DNA of 63,079 bases, the filler included, from Welwitschia mirabilis (Eukaryota): NCBI GenBank assembly GCA_051453625.1. It is 3 parts of one record of this genome, joined end to end, with 100 filler letters (N's around TTAATTAATTAA, not from the genome) between each part and the next. Parts side by side here need not be neighbours in the genome. Positions count along the whole stretch, not along the records: positions 11,870 to 31,101 come from JBOZIK010000001.1; 2 more parts are not named here. One strand, 5' to 3'. Below are positions 13,300-27,499 of the stretch, one piece after another (the first letter of the stretch is position 1; the number at the start of each line of letters is the position of its first letter). The translations under genes and the position numbers were made by a program. The notes beneath the pieces were generated by a model. That model did no database searches, had not been told where the DNA came from, and saw only the letters and a program-made list of their open reading frames with translations.

Positions 13300-14497
13300 T
13301 AAAAAGTTATCAAAGTTTAGGGGTTTTATAAAAATATCAGCTAGTTATATATCAATGCTTATAAAATTCATTGAAACATTATCTTTTTCTTCTTGATCTC
13401 TAAGAAAATGATGTCTTAATTTCATGTGTTTAGTTTGAGAATGTTGAGTAGGGTTATTTAAAATATTACTTACACCAGTATTGTAAAAAAAGATTGGAAC
13501 CTATTAAAAATTTATTCTAAAGTCTTTGAGCATTTTCTTCATCCATAAAAGATGAGTACAACAACTTTCTACTACCATATATTCTGCTTCTATTGTAAAA
13601 AGGGAGATAGAGTTATGCTTTGTACTTGTCCCTTTTACTAAGAATAATGCTAAAAGAAAATAACTTCCACTAATGATTTTTATATCATCTTTACAACCAT
13701 TCCAGTTTGCATCACTAAAATCTGTAAGTTTAAAGGATGTTTCTTTAGGATACCATCGTCCATAGTTACTTATGTCTTTTATGTATCTTATGATTCTTTT
13801 GATAGCTTAAAGATGTGATTTCTTTGGTTGAATTTGATATCTAACAAAAACAGTAACACTGAATATTATATTAGGTCTACTTGTGATTAGATACAATAGA
13901 CTTTATATTATGCTTATATAAAGTCTTTAGTCTATAGATTTTCCATGTTCATCAAGACTAACCTTATATAAAGTTGACGTAGATGTTTTAGTTGATTTTG
14001 CATTTTCAAGTCTAAATCATTTGATCAAGTTCCTTGAGTATTTGGATTAAGATATAAAAATTTTTTGTTTTGTTTATTTGATTTGAAGATTTAAAAACAT
14101 ACAAACTTCATCAAGCATACTCAATTTAAAATGTGTTGTCATAATGCTAGCGAGTTATTTTGAGAGAACTTCATTTGAGGCTTTAAAAATTATGTTGTCT
14201 ACATAGATCTGAATGATAATAAAATCCTTTTTAATATTTTTAACAAACAAATTTTTATATATAGCTTACGAGTGTAACCATTTTTATTAAGGAATGTAGC
14301 TAGTTTTTCAAATCAAATTCTTGGATCTTATTTTAATTCATACAAAACCTTTTTTAGTCTATACACATGGTTTGATTTATGTGGATTTATGAAACCTTGA
14401 GGTTGTTTCATATAAACTTTTTCATTGAGAGTTCCATTTAGGAAGGTAATTTTTATATCCATCTGAAAAAATTTAATATTCTTAAAGGCTACATATG
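13300..14497 (-). pseudogene. B pol: RT and RNase H, decayed
   Basis: FQMDIKITFLNGTLNEKVYMKQPQGF...VYRLKKVLYELK (Copia RT). A TKHMKLRHHF-type RNase H tail at ~13405-13435. Confidence 0.9.
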
Positions 14498-15747
14498 CGT
14501 TGCAATGCGTATCTATGCAAATGATTATGCTCTCAATAAGATCCTGTTGTTCACAAATAAAAATAAATTTTACATAACACAACATACTAATATAGATGGA
14601 AGTGATCCAAATGTCATATTCTCATTGAAGGCACAGGAGAGAAGAAAGAGAATTAATTTCAATAAAGAAACACTTATGTATCTTAACAGTAGAAATAAAT
14701 AACAATGCAGAAAATGATAATGCAAATACATTTATGCAAATAAATGCAAATCTAAAGTAAGTATAGTTTCTATCTAATTACTGAATTAGCCTCTCATAAA
14801 GATTAACCATGTCTAACGTAGATCAATCAAGAAATGCCATCACTAGGTTAAGACCAACCTAAGCTATCAAGTACATTAAACAAAATATAAAACTATGCAA
14901 ATTTAATCTAGGAAAGAAAAGATAATGAACCTAAACTAAAAACGGTCAATCTTAACGAAGGTTTTTCTCATAATCTATATTACTAAAGAAGCTGTCACAA
15001 AATCAGAAGTAATATAAACTATAAGGGACATGCATAAAATAAAGATATAAAAAAAGAAAAAAGTTCTTTGAAGTAGATTTGAATAAACATCCATGTTATA
15101 AAGGATTATCACCTCAATGGAGCATGCACAACCCAACACCAAAGAAGATGTTTCTCTATAATAATAATGGATGGATCTCCAACCCTTTAATATCCTATCA
15201 TGAGAATTTCCAGTGCAAAGAAAGATAAGTAGGAGTTAATGCTAGAGTCAATATTTATTAATAAAGCTAGACTCATAAATAAATAAGACTAACATGCATA
15301 GGTAAAAACCATAATAACTATGCAAGAAACTGAGAAACAAATGGCCAAAGTTAGGTGAAGTTTGATAAAGTGTTACTTCAAGTATTATTCTACTGGTCTT
15401 CCAGATGATACAAGAGATGATGCCATCTCATAATAATTTCATATCATCTACTAGATTGATTTCAATTAGCATCTTTATTAGCTTAAGTGTTTTACTATCT
15501 ATACAGTCATCTAGACAATGAGATGAATGATAGGCTTTTTACAAATGTTCATATAATGCATTAGCCTTAATGTTTGCATAAAATATTGTAAACTTCTTTA
15601 AGTGCTATAAAATGTAATAAAGATTGAATTTTTTATATCATTTGTCTTAGTTCTTCATTATCATAGAAATCTAGCATAAACTTATCTAATATCCTATAAA
15701 AAACTTAAAATATCTTATCAAAATATATATAAGTTGGTAGTGCAACA
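14498..15747 (-). repeat. 3' LTR of C
   Basis: (C/T)GTTGCA...TGCAACA ends. Colinear homology with 41682-42937 and inverted homology with 37609-38943. Confidence 0.85.
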
Positions 15748-16295
15748 TAGCCCTTCACTTAACCTTATCAGTCCTTAACAAAAGCAAGTAGTTAACTATG
15801 ATGCAAACCAGCTTAATAAATAATAAAAATAACTAAGACATTAAAAAAAAAAAACTCATCTCAGAAAGAATTTCTAGAAATCTCAAACTAAATTATTAAA
15901 AATAGAAAAATGAATATTTCACCTATTTAAGATACTAGCCATATTATCATCTAGGTTGTTGTTTGGATAATATGGGGGATGACAGGCTCAAAATTTATTC
16001 TTAAAAAATAGAAACCTGCTACCAAAATTTTTAGATAGATACTCAATAAATACACTAATAATTAATAATCCCCCACTAAAATGTATAATAAATTAGAAAA
16101 ATGATCATAAAAAATATAGTTAATCCTCATCATAAAATGTAAAAATGTATATGAAAAAAAGATAAGCATGAAAATCAAAGAAATGTACATCATACTGAAA
16201 CTCAAAATAAGATGCATATATATAATATGCATGAGTTTTAAGTACAAAATATAAATAGGAGAAGATACAAAATATGACATAATAAATCACTTTCC

Positions 16296-17545
16296 TTATT
16301 GCCTCATAATAAACTCAAAATGGGTAGCAGGCTTAGGTGCGGGAGGAGGAGAAGGAGGATCCTTAGGGTTCATAGGAAAATGGATATTCAATGATATAGA
16401 GGTGGAATGAATTATCTTATCTCCCTGTATGTGAAATTCCTCTAGGAGATCGACTGTCACACTCTGGTTAATAGATATGATGTATTGATGTACATCAACT
16501 AGCTGCTTCTCAGAGTGCTGTACTCTCCTCTCAACCATATGGATCCTCTACTCACATTTCTAGATCCTTTTATTAAGCATCAAAATACCACTATTAATGA
16601 AATCCATAATGGTCTTTGGTAGAAGGACCTAAATCTACTCTGAGAATACTTCAACTGTAAGTTTCTGAACCTAAGATCTCTCTACCTCTTTTGGTACATG
16701 TATACTTATGTTCTATAAATAGAGAGATAAAGTATGGATGTGAGTAAGGCACTACTCACCCATGGGCTCTAGTATCCTGAACCATTGAAACGTGGATTAA
16801 AAAAGGTATGGATATCTCAGAGTCTTTAACTACCATGCCTCAACAATGGACCTGAGTCTATTTCATATAAAAGTAGGCAAGTTCATTTGCTTATCCAATC
16901 TAAATGTTGTCAGTATCTGTAGATGAGATATCGTGGCATAACTATTATAAACAGATTGGTTGATGTTGTGAATCAGTTCTCCATGTAAAAACTTAAAGGC
17001 AAGGGTTAACTGTATCGCTAGAACACCCCATCTATCCAATGTTAAATCTGCTAGAATGTCTAATGGTATGCCATATGTATAGTTCGTCTTAGTCCCACTA
17101 GTAAAATATGTGTCTAGACTCCCAATATCACCTAGATCTGTCACAGCTATAATATGGTTTAGGAGTAATACCATCTCATATCCCATATCAAAGCTATAAT
17201 CATATCCAGTAGGTAAACACAAGAATTAGGGTGTCTTTCCATATGCATGGTGTTATAGAACGTCTTTGTCTCTGAAACATAATATCCCTCATGTGCATCC
17301 AAAATCTAGTGGAGCTACAAATTAGTAAGCCTATGATCAACCTTTAGCTCTAGCAAGCTCATAAAATCTCTGAAATATCTCTTGACATGGATAGTGGTAG
17401 TCTAAATTATAAGCAATCTTCTATGTTGATACAGGGGATGCACGAGCTCTACACGCTCTACCTCTGGTAATACTAATAGATCTGCATCTTACTCTATAGC
17501 CTTAGCCTTAGCCTCAACTATCTAGGTCTATCTGTATGAGGCCTA
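16296..17545 (-). pseudogene. Extra (env-like position) ORF of C, fragmented
   Basis: ORF fragments 16863-17222 and 16296-16538 lie between integrase and the 3' LTR. Homologous to 35810-37090 in F. Confidence 0.6.
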
Positions 17546-19899
17546 CTTAATTAAAAATATGTAAAACGTTATGCGAAATCTAGTAGACATGGCTAAAATA
17601 CATCACGTGGATGTTCAAAATAACCCAAAAAATCAAGAAAAAATGTAAAGAATTATGAAAATATGTTATGCCCTCCCCCCATTGAAAGTATCAATACATC
17701 TCATATTGCCTAGTCATGAGGAATAAATTTCAAACTTGTGAAAAGAGTAAAAATAATTTTTTTTAATTTTTGGGTCCCACATAAAGGTAAAAATTTAGAG
17801 TACTCAAATAAAAAATCTAATCCACTAGAAACATAGAATATGTCAAATTGATTAATTTATCCTAAAGGACTACTTTTTTGTGACTTACAATTTGTGAGAA
17901 ATCAAGTGTAAAAGGTAAAAACCTAAGTTTCTCTGATAAAATGTGCAATTGACTATATCTTTCAAAATACGAGGTGAAAATCATATCCATAAGATTCTAA
18001 ATGAAAAAGCATGAAAATCTAATCAACATACATGAAAAGTATACATTAAAAGGCTAAGAAACAATAGAAAAAATTGAAAAAATATGAAGGATAGAAAAAC
18101 ATATCTCATTTTTGAAAAATCACTGAAATCTAGACAACTAGTAAACAAATCTAGCTAAGACAAGTTTCAACATAATAGTAGGGACTAAGGGGCTATTATC
18201 TTTCAAATTAATAGGCAAAAATGATAGAGAAATGAAGAAAAATAAAGAAAAATAAGTTTAACTATGGCTTTTTCATACTATCATCCAGTCATGTCATTTA
18301 GATGATAGCCCTAAGATGACTCTCAGAAAAAATTTAACTATCATCCACTTGTGTCATTTGGACAACTAGATGAATGATTGTATTTTAAAAATTTTCTCAA
18401 AAATTAAGATGTCAACTAAGTAAGTTAGGCATAGATATTATTGTGAAGGTATTAGAATTTGTTAGAAAGTTGAAAAAATAAGGAATGATAAAACATTGAC
18501 AAAGGATGATGCAGAAAACTCATAATATATGAAAAATAAAGCTAAAGAAAACATACTAACTAGGTTTAAACATGATAAAAAAATTGAACAAAGGTTTTCN
18601 NNNNNNNNNNNNNNNNNNNNNNNNNNNNNNNNNNNNNNNNNNNNNNNNNNNNNNNNNNNNNNNNNNNNNNNNNNNNNNNNNNNNNNNNNNNNNNNNNNNA
18701 AAGAAAACATACTAACTAGGTTTAAACATGATAAAAAAAATTGAACAAAGGTTTTCAAACTGAAGATTAAACAAGACAAAGTGTAGAACTTTAAAAGATA
18801 TAAGGAATCTCATAAAAACTATGAATTATAAGAAATTATCTATTTAATTCAAATGCTAAAAGAAAATTAATGTGATATGTTATGAATTAACAAGAAGAAA
18901 ACTACTAGATAATAAGATCTTATGTAAAGATGAGAAAATGCAAAAACAACTTTGAAATANNNNNNNNNNNNNNNNNNNNNNNNNNNNNNNNNNNNNNNNN
19001 NNNNNNNNNNNNNNNNNNNNNNNNNNNNNNNNNNNNNNNNNNNNNNNNNNNNNNNNNNNNNNNNNNNNNAGACACCTAAGTAACAATGCATGATAAAATC
19101 TATTAACTTCATAAAGTTCCCTTAAAAAAGGTAATGATTATGATGATATCAAAATATTAAGTGCTTAGAATAATGAATGATAAGATCAAAAGCTACTCAG
19201 AAATGAACTCACCTACTCACACTCCAAAACACACTTAAATACTCAAAAGTAAAATGATCATGTGAGAATACTAAGAGTTTAAAAAATAAGTAATGCCTTT
19301 GATGATATTAGGAACATCACTGATCCCATATCCTCAAAGTTTATTATAACTTTTTTATGATGAAGGGAGTGCAACCATTGTAAAAAAAGTAAGGACTTAC
19401 GAAGCATGACTGACTAATCCCCTAGTGGAGTTCCTATAGCTACTAATACTACAAAAGGTTTCTTTTAGAAAAATTTACCCTAATACGGTAGGACATCATG
19501 GTGCTTATGTATTTTTTTAAGTATAAATATAGTAAATTGTGACCATTATTATTACTATTATTATTTCTTTAAATAATTCCCACATGATCACATATTCAAA
19601 AAGATAAAGGTAATAAATGAGATGAAAGATAGAAAAGAACACTCCTAAATAATTAAAGACCTTACACCATTAAAAAAATACAAGAACTAATGTATCTTCC
19701 TTTAAAGTAAAGTTTATAAATATGGGAATGTCTCAAGACTGGGTGAATCTAATCTTATCACTATAAAATGCTAAAGTATGAATACTAGTTATGGAAACTT
19801 CATAAAATAACACATAAGTCAAATTTAAAATATAATCAAGTGGCATTATAACATTAATTAAAGAAATAAGCTAAGAACGAATTCATACAATGATAGAAT

Positions 19900-21288
19900 G
19901 AAATTCTTCTTCATTGAAGGAATCCTTTCAAACAAGTGCTTCTACCATGTTTAAGGTTCCATCAAAAGATTTTTCATATAGTTTCTAAGTTAGAAATCTC
20001 AACATAGCCATTAGAATGCACTTTTTATATAAGATAATGACCTCACCATTTAGAGGTCAAATTGTTATTTAAAAGATGTAATCTAGTATTGTATAAAAGG
20101 ATAAGTTGACCATGTTTAAACCTCTTTTAAAGTAACTTTCTATTATGTTTGAACTTATCTTAGGCTTTGTGAATTAATTGATGATGTATAGCATGAGTAC
20201 GTTTTTCATCAAGGTAATCTAATTGGGCTAATCTATGTTTAGGATTCTCATGAAGCTCTATAAGANNNNNNNNNNNNNNNNNNNNNNNNNNNNNNNNNNN
20301 NNNNNNNNNNNNNNNNNNNNNNNNNNNNNNNNNNNNNNNNNNNNNNNNNNNNNNNNNNNNNNNNNATGAGTACGTTTTTCATCAAGGTAATCTAATTGGG
20401 CTAATCTATGTTTAGGATTCTCATGAAGCTCTATAAGATTGAGTTAATAATTAGCATAATAAGAGTTATAGCACAAATTAATAGGTAAAATACAAACCTT
20501 TCTATACACAAGTTCATAAGGTGAGAAATCAAGATAATTATGCCAAGTAGTACATTAAGCTCAAATAACATTGTTAAGCTTAGAAGCCCAAGATTTCTTA
20601 TTAATAGAGATAAGTTTTTGTAACATTTTCTTAATTTCTCTATTTGCATTTTTAGTTTGACCATTGGTTCATGGATGATAAGCACAAGATACTCTATGTT
20701 CTATTCTAATGGATAAAATAAGTTTCCTAAAAAGTTTATTTATAAAATAAGTTTTTGAATCACTAATGATAATCCTAGAAAAACCAAATCATTAAAAGAT
20801 ATAAGTTCTAAAAAGAGGACAAAGAGATTAGGTATCATTCATAAAGGTAGGAATAGCTTCAACCCATTTAGTAACATAATCAATAGTTACTAAAATGTAA
20901 TTATTATCATTAGAAGGTGGATGAATAAGGTCTATAGAATCAATTCTCTAACAATCAAAAGGTTCAAATTCCAGAATGTGCTTAAGGAATATATTTTAAA
21001 CATGAATAAGGCTATGATAATGCCAACAAGCATCTAGAAAAATTAAAGAATCCTAAAAAGGGTAGACCAATAAAAATTAGAGTAAAGAATTTTTATAGTT
21101 ATTTTCTATTTACTAAAATGACCTTCACAAATATTACTATAACAAAAATGAAGGATATCAGATTTTTACCAATCAGACACACCTTTTTGCATAATTTAGT
21201 CTTTATGCCTATGATAAGAATGCGGCTTTATTCATTTATAATCATCTATTCTATGGAGAAAGGATTTTATTTGATTATAAGTATAATG
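19900..21288 (-). pseudogene. C integrase, decayed
   Basis: Minus strand shows IDSIDLIHPP (from GIDFMGP), DYVTKWVEAIP and HP*TNG motifs. Homologous to 32706-33655. Confidence 0.85.
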
Positions 21289-22298
21289 TATTAGAATAAA
21301 GATTCATTTTAATGATGAGCAATAGAAGCTAATTAGGAATATAGATTTAACTAAGAATCTTGTCATGCAAAACAACTATCTCAGGGTAATAATTATAGTG
21401 ATGGGACATCTTCCATATGACATGGGATGTTTGAACCTATTCATTAGAAAATATACTAGGATGTCCATCCCTATAATCCGTGATGTTTGAACCTGTACAT
21501 AAAAAGATATACTAGGATGTCTACCCTTCGACTCGAGATGTCTAGACCTATGATCAATTATTATGTACTAGGACATCTGAAGCCTAGAACCAGGACATCC
21601 AAGCCCTGTCTTAGATCTCTATCAACAATGATCTTTAAAAGTAAGACATCAGAAGTTTTCTCATGGAATGTTTAGCTAACTATCCATTACCATTTAAAAA
21701 ACAATTTAGATGAATATTGTGCGTAGATTTCAAGGCATAAATGGCTAAGAGTTGAAGGGAGATGATATACTCATCTAAATAAATGATCCTTAGGGTTTTC
21801 TCTATTAAAAACCTCATATATAATCAAAGTTTAATTTTTATAAGGTTATAAAACTATGGAAAATTTCATTTTGTTTATCTAATTTAGAACTCTCTTGTTG
21901 ATTGGATCTGATCTAAACTAAGGCTTACTATTCTTTTCAATTATAATTCATACTAATTAATTTAATCATCTAAGGCTTATACCTCATTAAGATTTTCTCT
22001 ATCATTTTCTGGTTTTGCTTAAGTAAGAGCAAATCCTGGGATTTCAACCCTAGCTAAAGGATGATTATACTGAAGTAATTTATTGATTAAGAGGACTAAG
22101 AGGTTGGAGGCTAATGTTGTTTCTAATAAGTGGAGTAGTCTTGAATAGACAAACCACTATAAAAATATAGCAGTTTATTATTGTGCATTATTTAAGTTTT
22201 TTAATTTAATTCTTCTTGAATTTAATTACTGTTTTAGTTTTAAGTCAAAGTTAAAAATCCTATTCATCCCTCATCTATAGTGTTTTATGATTCTAACA
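21289..22298 (+). repeat. 5' LTR of D
   Basis: TATT(from TGTT)...AACA, followed by the PBS. Homologous to 29069-30075. Confidence 0.9.
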
Positions 22299-22368
22299 AT
22301 TAGTATTAGAGCCTCATTACTCTAGATTAGAACTTTTCTTCTTTTCTGATTATGTGTTTTTAAATTAA

Positions 22369-25300
22369 ATGGCTTCCTTGAACTTTTTAGAAGGTTAATC
22401 CATCTCTAGACATTCCTTGTTCTTAGAATCCAATTATTCCTATTAGAAAATTAAGATGAGAATCTTCTTATAGTTCCTAGATTATGAGATATGGAAAATG
22501 ATTAAGCTTGGATATACTACTCATATGAAAGTAGTCAATGGTAAAATTGTTTCAAAACTAAAAAGTAAATGGGATCAAGATAATAGAAGGGCTACTCAAA
22601 TGAATGCTAAGGCCATGAATGCTGTGATCTGTGCTTTATCTTTATAAGAGTACAACTGAGCGGTGCAATGCAAAACAATCCAAGAAATCTGGGAGACCTT
22701 AAAAGTTGCACATAAAGGAGCAAATATTGTGAGAATGCAAAAATGAAAATGTTGGCAAGTTAATTCAAAAACATCAAGATAAAAGATTCAAAAATAGTAT
22801 TAGACTACACCTCCAAAATAAATGATATCATGAACAACCTGTGGGGGTTAGGAGAAGCCATGCCTTAAAACTAAGTTATGAGGAAGATCCTCATAAGCAT
22901 TACTAAGAAATTCAAACTCAAGATTACTACTGTTAAGGAGACAAAGGATATTAATCATATTAAGGTTAAAAAACTCAAAGGATCTCTTATGGAATATGAG
23001 ACATCTCTGTGGATAGATGATGATTAGTTCAAAAGAAGAAACATTATTCTAAAAGTTGAAGTTAATGTCGATGAAGATAATTAATCTAGTGAGAACCTAA
23101 AAGATGATGACTTAGCTCTCTTGGTAAGAAATTTTTTAAAAATTCCTTAATAAAAAGGGAGAAATATATTCTTGAAAATTCTTCAAATGAGATGTGAATA
23201 AAGGTTAAAATCAATCTAGCTTCATTCAATGTTATGAATGTAAAGGGTACAATCATATTACTTTAGAATGCATCCAAAAAATAAAAGGACATGCCTTTTA
23301 AGTCTAAAGGTAAGAAAGCTTTAAAAGCTACCTAGGATGAGGATGATGCTAGCTATCCCTCAAGTAATGAAGAAGGTTGTATTAATTTTAGTCTAATCTC
23401 CATGGCAAAGAAGTAAGTAAATATGTTGATTTAGATTTTTCAATTGACTTATCTGAGGTATGTGATTATGAAAGTGATGATGATAATGATGATTTATCTA
23501 TTGCTTATGAGAAGTTATATCATTTTAGGTTAGATCATAAAAAGAAAAATATTTATCTTAACAAGCAGCTTAGCAATCTAGAAGAAAAAATAAAAGAGAC
23601 CTCTCTAGAGATAAAAGCTCTTCGTAAAGTTCTAACTCAAGCCCAAGGTACAACCAAATGACTTGCTAATGAAAATGATAATTTGAATCATTTGTTAGGA
23701 AATGGAAGATAACTAAATGACAAATTTGGAATTAGATCTACCTCTGGTACATTACCTCCTCAAAATTTTTTTATTCAACTATTAAGTATTACTTCTTTGT
23801 TATCTCTAGAATGTTATTTTTGTTGAGAATATGGTTACATATAAATGCTTTTGTCCTTATAAAAAATCCTAGTATGTTGGTTACAAAGTATGATTTTAAA
23901 TTTCAAAGTCAGTTTAGAAATTTAAAAAGAAAATCAATCATCAAGAAGAATAATTAGAAATAGGTTAAAAAGGAAGTTACAAAGTCTTTCTTTGCTCATG
24001 CAGCATTTAAAGTGAAAGGGACTACAAAATGGGATCTTGATAGTGGATGCTCTTGTTACATGACTAGTGATAAAAGCTTTTTAGCAACCTTTCAAGACTA
24101 TGATGGTGGAGAAGTAACCTTTGGAGATAATAGTAAAGGCAATGTTATTGATAAAGGATTTAGTTAATAATTTAAAGTATAATTTATTAAGTGTTTCCCA
24201 AATTTGTGATAGAGGAAACATTATGTCCTTCTATAAATATAAGTATATTATTAGAAATATTTTTACTAATAGTGTTATGTTGACAACCAATAGATTAAAG
24301 TGCATGTGTGTTATTAGAAGTCAAGACAAGAATGGAGAAGGGTGTTTTATTGTGTAGGAACATGAACTTCACATTTGGCATACAAGACTAGATCACATGA
24401 ATCTCAAAGATCTAAAGATGATTTTAACCAAATAAATTATGATTGGAATTCCTAGATTTAATGTGCAATAGGCAAGGATGTTTGAATTGTACATAAAAAG
24501 TAAATAGTTCAAATCAAGCTTCAAGTCTAAATCAAGTATTTCCACAAACCAACCTCTTAATCTTATTCATATGGACTTGGTTAGATCAATTTAATCAAAG
24601 AGTTTAGGAGGTAAGAAATATTTTTTAGTTATGATACATACTTTTTCTCATTTCTATTGGATCGCATTCCTATCTAGTAAGGATGAGACATTTGATCTAT
24701 TTGTCAAATTTTATAGGAAAATACAAAATAAAAAAGGATACATTATTAAACAAATTTGATTTAACCATGGTGATGAATTTGAAAATGAAAAATTTGATAA
24801 TATTTGTAACATAAATGGGATACAACATTAGTTTTCAGCACCAAGGATTCCTCAACAAAATGGAGTCACTGAATGGAAGAATAAAGTGATACTTGAAATG
24901 ACTCAAATTATGCTAAATTAGTTTGAATTATCTCATCACTTTTGAGCTAAATCTATAAGCACTGCATCTTATGTGAGTTAAATTCTTCTTGAGAATAGGT
25001 ATGATGAAGACAACATACAAACTATGGCATGGTAAGAAATCAAATATAAGTTACTTTAAAGTATTTGGAAATAGATGTTCTATTCTAAAAAATAAAACTC
25101 ATATAGGTAAATTTGAATCTAAATATGATAATGGTATTTTTCTCAATTATTCTATTTTAAGCAAATCATATAAAGTATTCAATAAATCCTCTCGTAAGAT
25201 TAAGGAAACTATTCATATTAACATTGATGAATCTAACCCAAGTAGTGCATAAAAAGAGAGAAGTGATGATAGAATAAGAATTCCTTTAATTTCACAAGTC

Positions 25301-27030
25301 AGCACTAGATGCTCTACTCCCTCTCAGGTTGGTTCCTCTCAAGATAGTTCAAGATGCCCCTATCTCCTAATGATAACCATAAGGAACCATCCCAAAGATG
25401 TTATCTTAAGTGATCCTTTTGAAGGAACCACTTATAGAAGTGGTAAGTAAATCAATCAAAGTTTCTTTTATTTTTATCTAACATTGAACTAAAGATTTTT
25501 AAGAAGTGAAAAACAATGAGTCATAGATGTTAGCCATGCAAAAGAAACTTAATCAGTTTAAACAGAATAAGGTGTGGGACCTAGTCCTTTAGCCAGAAGG
25601 AAAGCATGCTATTGGTACAAAATGGGTATTCAAGAAAAAAAGAGATGAATATCACAATACTATGTAAAATAAAACAAGATTAATATCTTAAGAATATTAC
25701 TAATAAGAAGGGATTAATTACAATGAAACATTTACTCCTGGTGCTAGGTTAGAAGCTATTCGTATGTTTCTTACCTATGCATGTTTTTATCTAATAAAAT
25801 TATTTCAAATGGATGTTAAAAATAATTTTTTAAATGGTTTTATAAATGAAGAAGTCTATGTAGCTCAACCTCTACATTTCATTCATTTCAAATTTCTTGA
25901 TTATGTTTATAAGTTAAATAAGACCATATATGATTGAAAACAAGTCCCTAGAGCTTGGTTCAATAGAATAAATTCTTTCCTCTTAGATAATGAGTTTTTA
26001 AAGGGTACTGCTAATACAACTTTATTTATTAAAAGAGATAAAGAAAACATTCATATAATTCAAATCTATATAATCCAACTGAAAAAGATGATATAATTTT
26101 CAGTTCTACTAAAGACTCTCTTGATTTGAATTTTGGCAATCTTATGCGAAATGAATTTGAAATGATCTTAGTAGGATAATTAAAGTTTTCTTAGGTTTGT
26201 AAATAAAATAAAAGAAGAATGGAATTTTCATTTATCAATATAAGTAAATTTGTGATACCCTTGCTAAATACAATATAACTAACTATAAAGAAATCACAAC
26301 TCCTATGTTTACAAGTGCTAAAGTGAGCAAAGATAAACTTAGAAAGAATGTGAATCAAAAGTTATATCGACCTCTTATAGAAAGCTTATTATATATCATT
26401 GCTAGTTGACTTGACATTGCCTATAGTGTTGGAGTCTATGCTAGATATCAAGCTGATTCTCGAGAATTGTATCTTAGCCATGTCAAAAGAATCCTAAGGT
26501 ATTTAAAGTCCACTCAAAACTATGGTCTTTGATATAACTATAATAGAACATTAGATATAAAAGGATACAGTGATGCTAATTGGGTAGGATTTGCTAATGA
26601 CAGAACAAGCACCAGTGGTACTTACTTTTATATGGGAAACAATCTGGTATCTTGGTTAAGTAGAAAGCAAATCATAATATCCTCGTCCACTGTTACAGCT
26701 AAATACAAGGCCGCATGAGCATCCTATACTCAGTTGCTTTAGATGAAGCAAATAATAACTAATTTTGGGGTAAAAATTGATAAAATCAAAATCTATTATG
26801 ACAACACCAGCATAATAAAAATAACTAAAAACCATGTTCAGCATTTTAGAACCAAACACATAGACATTAGATATTACTTCATTCAGGAATATGTTTAAGA
26901 GGATGATATTGCTCTTGAATACATTTCAACTAATGAAAAAATAATAGATATCATGATTAAGAGCTTAAGTAAAGAAAAATTCATGTTTTTTAGATGACAA
27001 CTTGGTTTGAGGATTAATTTACCTTTAATA
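22369..27030 (+). pseudogene. D gag-pol pseudogene
   Basis: Zinc knuckle CYECKGYNHITLEC (~23230), protease WDLDSGCS (~24030), integrase PQQNGVTE (~24850), RT FQMDVK (~25803), RNase H RTKHIDIRYYF (~26848). Many stops. Confidence 0.92.
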
Positions 27031-27499
27031 TAAATTATTCAAAATTTCTAACTTAATATTTGTCATCATTTGAAATTATTTTCAAGTAAATGCATCAACT
27101 TAAGTATTGAAATTTTGATCTTTTCCAAATGTTTTAGTTCTTTTATCAGACATCTAATTAAGAAAAACTTTTTTTTTTTTCCTTTGCTGAACTTTACCTG
27201 GAGATCCCATTAGTCCCATTGAATGTTTGATTGTCTTTTTCTGTTAAAACTGAGCTACTGCTTAGACGTCGCATCTCATGCCTCCATAAATTTAAGAAAA
27301 ATATTTTATTAAGTGGGGTTTTTAAAACCTAGACATTCTAACTTAAAAATCTAGATTTCTAGCCTTAACACAAATGCAAATCCATGGACTTCCAAGAACT
27401 TCTTTTAAAATGCCTTTTTCTTTTTTTTCTTTATCATTCCTTTATTTCTTAAAGTGCTCTCTTGTCTTCTCTGACCTTTTACTTCCACTCTTGCATTCC

